The notes under the pieces were generated by a model. It was given only the letters and a program-made list of their open reading frames with translations, was not told the DNA's origin and made no database searches. 40,607 nt of DNA, from the NCBI GenBank assembly GCA_910592345.1, contig CAJVPI010000233.1, positions 1 to 40,607 of the forward strand. Direction: 5' to 3'. Each line of letters begins with the position of its first letter. Within the stretch, counting starts at the first letter, position 1. The stretch comes from Paraglomus brasilianum (taxonomy: Eukaryota). Both the position numbers and the translations under genes were made by a program. This document shows, in pieces, positions 36,502 to 40,607 of this stretch.

Positions 36502-36989
36502 CAAGTGAAACTCGGAGTTACGCTAAGCCGAAATTGCATTAAGCCGAAGTTTTTTTGATTTCCCAAAATTTTATTATAGCCTAAGCCGAAATTATTAGTA
36601 AATTCGCGTTAAACGAAGTAATCACGTGGATTTGTCTTGATTGGTTCATTCTTAAATCCCATGATCCAAATCAGACATACTATTAGCGCAGTTTCACATG
36701 CCATTGTAATGTCATAAACAATCGCTTGAGCCATACAATCTTCTTTGCGCGCGTGGCTTGTATATATATATCTAAAAAAGTTAAAGGAACGATTGGGACT
36801 AAACAATAGAATATGTTACAACAAACGAGTATTCTTGCTTATCAGTTTATATATAGTGTTGTTATAAGCCGAAAGCTTGTGTAAACTATATATAAATTCG
36901 GCTTATTGCGAAATTTGATAAAACGAAAATCTCGATAAGCCGAATAAATCGTCCCTTCCCGCGACCTTCAGCTTATCGAGTTTCACTTG
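36502..36989. mobile_element. pogo/Tigger-like MITE (~490 bp)
   Basis: TA|CAAGTGAAACTCG ... CGAGTTTCACTTG|TA with TA TSDs at 36500-36501 and 36990-36991. Several subterminal TAAGCCGAA repeats, one inverted. Confidence 0.85.
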
Positions 36990-37313
36990 TACTCATATTA
37001 AATAAAATACTACGATCGGTAGTATTCACTAGGTGAGTAGAAGGATATTCCTTAATTAGACGCGTCGAATTTGTCGCCCTTTTATTGCTTAGGAGGCTAA
37101 ATTAAGCCGGATAGGCCAGCTTACGGAAGTTAGATTAATATCTAGCTGTAGTCAAGCGGACGCTGGAGTATCAGAAAGAATAGTTCAATTATCGACGCAA
37201 TATAACCTTGAGCTTTATTAATAATAATATTTATTATAAGTATTATTATTTATATTTTAGCAATAATCAATCGATCCAGATCAGGTGTTCTCCATAATTG
37301 GAACGTCGAGATT

Positions 37314-37651
37314 TCACCTCGACGCGGGGGCTGAATGAAGAAGATATTTTTCACGAACTAATGGATCAACTGGAATATAAATGGCAGCGGGCATTTCCTC
37401 TTCGAGGTCTGATAATTGCTGATTCGTATACTCATCTGACCCATACTTTACTACCTTCTGTCCGTTCACAAGTACCCAGTCTTTCTGATGTTCATCAAAC
37501 ATTCCCGCCTCGAGACTGTTATAGAAGTAAAGAAACTTTGTCACGACTTCTCAATCCACATCACCTTCAGGAGAGTCAAAATCATCAGTGAAACCCCAGA
37601 AAACCTGACTTCTGATGTACGCAATCAGGCATCGAAGCGGGCTCTGAACTG
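37314..37651 (-). pseudogene. fragment of a DUF5678-like domain gene
   Basis: After an AG acceptor (37653-37652): PLRCLIAYIRSQVFWGFTDDFDSPEGDVD*EVVTKFLYFYNSLEAGMFDEHQKDWVLVNGQKVVKYG..PAAIYIPVDP. In-frame TGA at 37553-37551. Family assigned from recalled consensus. Confidence 0.45.
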
Positions 37652-37690
37652 CTATGCAGGTGGTAAAAACAAAGAAGCGTGATCGGAGAA

Positions 37691-38591
37691 TTAGTAATTA
37701 TACAAGTCAATGATTTTAGCTACTTCCGCTTCAGCATCCGATTTAGAGGTGAAAGCCTCCTCACTCCGCGAGTCATTTATTACACCATAATGAAGCGTGT
37801 CTTATTTTGTGTCTACATGCCAGTTGTCTCAAGTGTCGGCGACAGGAATTATTCTTACCTCCATGCACTCTGGAAGCGTAATCGGCTCCTATTTTTCGTA
37901 AGTGACATGAGCCAATACCATAAAGTGCTAAGAAGTTATGAATAGGATAAACATTTACGTTATCTTCTCTCTTTAACAAGAACGGAAAACTTTTGGTATA
38001 GCCTTTTGGATCCAGGTAAGTAATTCTCGAGCCCATACCGGATTTTTTTTCCATAGAAAGAAATGGTCGAGGTTCATTATTTTTATTTTTATTTTTATTT
38101 TTAGCATATCCGGTGAATATTTAGAGTTATACCAGTTTGTGCTATTTTGTTTGTAATAGTTAATACAAAGGCCTTTCACACATGCTGATCACATACATAA
38201 CATTATCATTATATCTATTAAATTCTGCATTGAGGGGGGATTGAATATATCACCTTTTCGAAGGCAAAGAAGTCAGGACAATCAAATCCTTTATCTTCAC
38301 GAAGTTCTTGCGACTCTCTTTGTTTTTTATTCGATGCATAGATGAAATCGGGTACGTATGTAGCTTCTATTGTCAAATAATCAACACCCAATTTACGCAG
38401 TTCTTTTCAAAGTAATTTGAGACGTGGATTTAGCTATTTCCGGGCGCCGCTTTCTGCTAAATTATATACCAATTTGTATATTTCCTCTGGGTCAAGATCT
38501 TCATTTTCCTTAATATATTGAGGATCTATTTCCCGTGCTTTGGGGTCTTTCAATTTTTTTCGGCGTAACTGCTAAGCTTAGCTACGCTCAT
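37691..38591 (-). pseudogene. protelomerase/telomere resolvase-like tyrosine recombinase pseudogene (intronless)
   Basis: Across stops and frameshifts: LKLL*KELRKLG; NLIDIMIMLCM*SACVKGL (catalytic R position); TGYAKNK (K); SCHLRKIGADYA (HxR); LACRHKI..DTLHYGVIN (H...Y); stop TAA at 37693-37691. Confidence 0.65.
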
Positions 38592-39017
38592 CTGAGGGGT
38601 TAGGTTATTAATTTACGAAATTTTTAGCAATTTTCGACATTGTCTTATGCAGTAGTACCACTTCGTACGGCGGAATGGTTGTGCGGATTATAACTGTGGA
38701 AAATATTCTTTCAAATCGAAAATAATTATCGGTCAGAGGATCCAAACTTGGTTGAGGGTTTTGCATTATAGTCTCGTGTTTGCTTCGCAAAAAGACATTA
38801 TGTATATTTTTATCGCGATATCTAAAAGACGGTTAAATCCAGCGGTTTGCGCATGACCAATTTATCAAATTAGGAATCGCTCCGGTGACGTTCAACACGA
38901 TGTCAATTACATTAATGAAAAGTAAATAAAGTAAATAAGAAAAATCTTCTGCACAACTACATATGAAATAATGGACAAAATTGCAATCGAACCGATATTT
39001 TGTAGAAATATGTATCT

Positions 39018-39491
39018 TTACACGTCGCTACATAGTTTTGGAGCTTTTTGAGGACATCTTATTATCTTGTACTCCCAATTGGTATCATCTCCGCTAACTT
39101 TGAAACATGCATCCGTTTCGCTTTTAACGGTCCGATCATGAAATTTACCATTGCTGTCGGCGACCATCATATGAGAGCAGAATGGAGCGTCTGGTATGTT
39201 ATCACGTTTCGATACCGTACAATAGTTAGAACAATCTTTTACTCCTCTGTCGAACAACACATTGCCTTTACAATCCGTTACGTATCCATGGCATTTCGTT
39301 CCCGCCTTCAAGGTGGAGACGACCAACGCTTTATGGTATTTTTCTATTCCATCAAATCAGGAAACAAATTGTCAAAATAGAGTATTATTAAATGTCAGCT
39401 ACTTGTAATTCAAAACTTTACCTGGAGCTACTTCAGTCAACAGGTAACAAATTATGAAGACAACAAGAGTGAAGGAGATACAGTATTTCAT
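39018..39491 (-). CDS. small secreted cysteine-rich protein, effector candidate (131 aa; exons 39491-39422, 39343-39018)
   Basis: Signal peptide MKYCISFTLVVFIICYLLTEVAP. In-frame GT-AG intron 39421-39344. Mature region has 8 Cys. Confidence 0.85.
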
Positions 39492-39646
39492 GGTTATAAA
39501 GAATGTGTATCAAATAAATTGTTAAAATAATGTTTTTGTTTTCGAACTTGAGACATACACCTGCGTATATATACGTATTTTTCTCTGAGAAGTACGACCA
39601 TAATGTGATAATTATAATTAATTATCACAGAAAATTGCCATTGTTT

Positions 39647-39870
39647 TCACATGCGCTTAGATAGAATGTTCTTCCCAAAATCGTGTGTTTGGACGTCCTC
39701 CGAGATCACAACGCATGATGACATTTCAATTTCTGCAATGTCTTTTCCCGCCTGTTTCAAACTCGAATCTCGGCCGGCATTTAAAATCAAATCGATCGAG
39801 GTTTCGAGGTCTTTATTTAGGCAAATCGATCGATGATTCATATTAATTTCGCTGGTACACCATTGAGATC
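39647..39870 (-). other. possible orphan terminal exon
   Basis: TTTACAG acceptor followed by a ~74-codon open frame (SQWCTSEINMNHRSICL...KRM*). Upstream exons and product not identified. Confidence 0.25.
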
Positions 39871-40087
39871 TGTAAATTTACCCTAACCCTTATAAGTAAT
39901 ATATGGGTGCACCGGCGAAAATTAACCCCGCAAAATAATGTTGAGAGTCATGCGGTTCCTTATTATTATCGATCAGCCGAATATTTGGCATATGATGCCG
40001 TAATCATTGTTGACATATGTCAACGTGCGTATAAAGCAACAACTCCTCATTTAGTAATAGGAATACTTTGTCTGGTTTTGCCCCATA

Positions 40088-40188
40088 CAGACAAACCTCT
40101 CTCAGTGCATGCCCATTGGGACCAGACAATTGCGTGCATTTAGAGAGGGAGTGCATTTAGAGAGCGTGCACTTAGAGAGGTTTGTCTG
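40088..40188. mobile_element. minimal 101-bp pogo-like MITE
   Basis: TA|CAGACAAACCTCTCTCAGTGCA ... TGCACTTAGAGAGGTTTGTCTG|TA (22-bp TIR, 1 mismatch) with TA TSDs. Three GTGCAYTTAGAGAG repeats on the right side. Confidence 0.88.
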
Positions 40189-40283
40189 TATTAGATAGTA
40201 TGTGTCACAGTGGTTTGACAATGAACTACTATCGTCATGCAATTTTTTTTTCTTGAGAGCACAAGACTGTTTATGTGTTCATT

Positions 40284-40607
40284 TTATAGTTGAGTCATAC
40301 AATAATTTATAACTTCGTATGAGTCAAGAAATATTTCGAAAGAGATGATTATTGGAAAGAGATTTATTGAGTTTTTTGTTAGATCACACTGTAAAGATGT
40401 TAAAGACAAACCGAATCCAGCAAAGTAAGCCCAGCTTTCTTCAAAGTAATTAATTCGTTGTTCCAGGTTCCATCCTTTTAAATATTGCTGATCAGCAACT
40501 CGAAGAACAAAGATCAATAGTTAACAACGACCCTCGACCAGCTGAATGTACACTCACTCAAAGCTGTAGAATGCGTATATCCAGCAGAAGAAGATAAAAG
40601 AGACCAC
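40284..40607 (-). CDS. EI24 (etoposide-induced 2.4)-like membrane protein, partial and possibly disrupted
   Basis: VVSFIFFCWIYAFYSFE|intron|..KGWNLEQRINYFEESWAYFAGF matches the EI24 consensus (Y.FEY.W...GW....R...E..W.YF.GFG). The 5' end lies outside the window. Confidence 0.65.

Noticed and set aside
38571..38582. Palindrome GCTAAGCTTAGC as a possible protelomerase target site
   Set aside because: Only 12 bp and inside the coding start; real target sites are longer inverted repeats.

Overview
Eukaryotic, intron-rich, AT-rich DNA from an early-diverging fungus, most likely Glomeromycotina (arbuscular-mycorrhizal-type) judging from the gene families; the taxon is an inference. Apparently intact spliced genes: a BTB-BACK-TLDc protein (6862-8714 +), POL5/MYBBP1A (14041-18633 +), an NDUFAF4-like small protein (-), an F-box/WD40 protein (-), a 16-exon ~1106-aa double-(pseudo)kinase (30227-34869 +) and a Cys-rich secreted effector-like protein (-). 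A BCD1-like zf-HIT gene looks C-terminally truncated, and an EI24-like gene is partial at the window end. Mobile or viral relics: an internally deleted mariner, three pogo/Tigger-like MITEs, a decayed Fanzor/TnpB RNA-guided nuclease with two apparent introns and a possible omegaRNA remnant, Polinton-like fragments, and a decayed protelomerase (telomere resolvase)-like tyrosine recombinase gene. The strongest leads are (1) the kinase-COR-like-4HB-pseudokinase fusion resembling an all-in-one MLKL-type cell-death module, (2) the protelomerase-like gene and (3) the Fanzor. All family assignments come from manual translation and recalled motif consensus; no searches were run.
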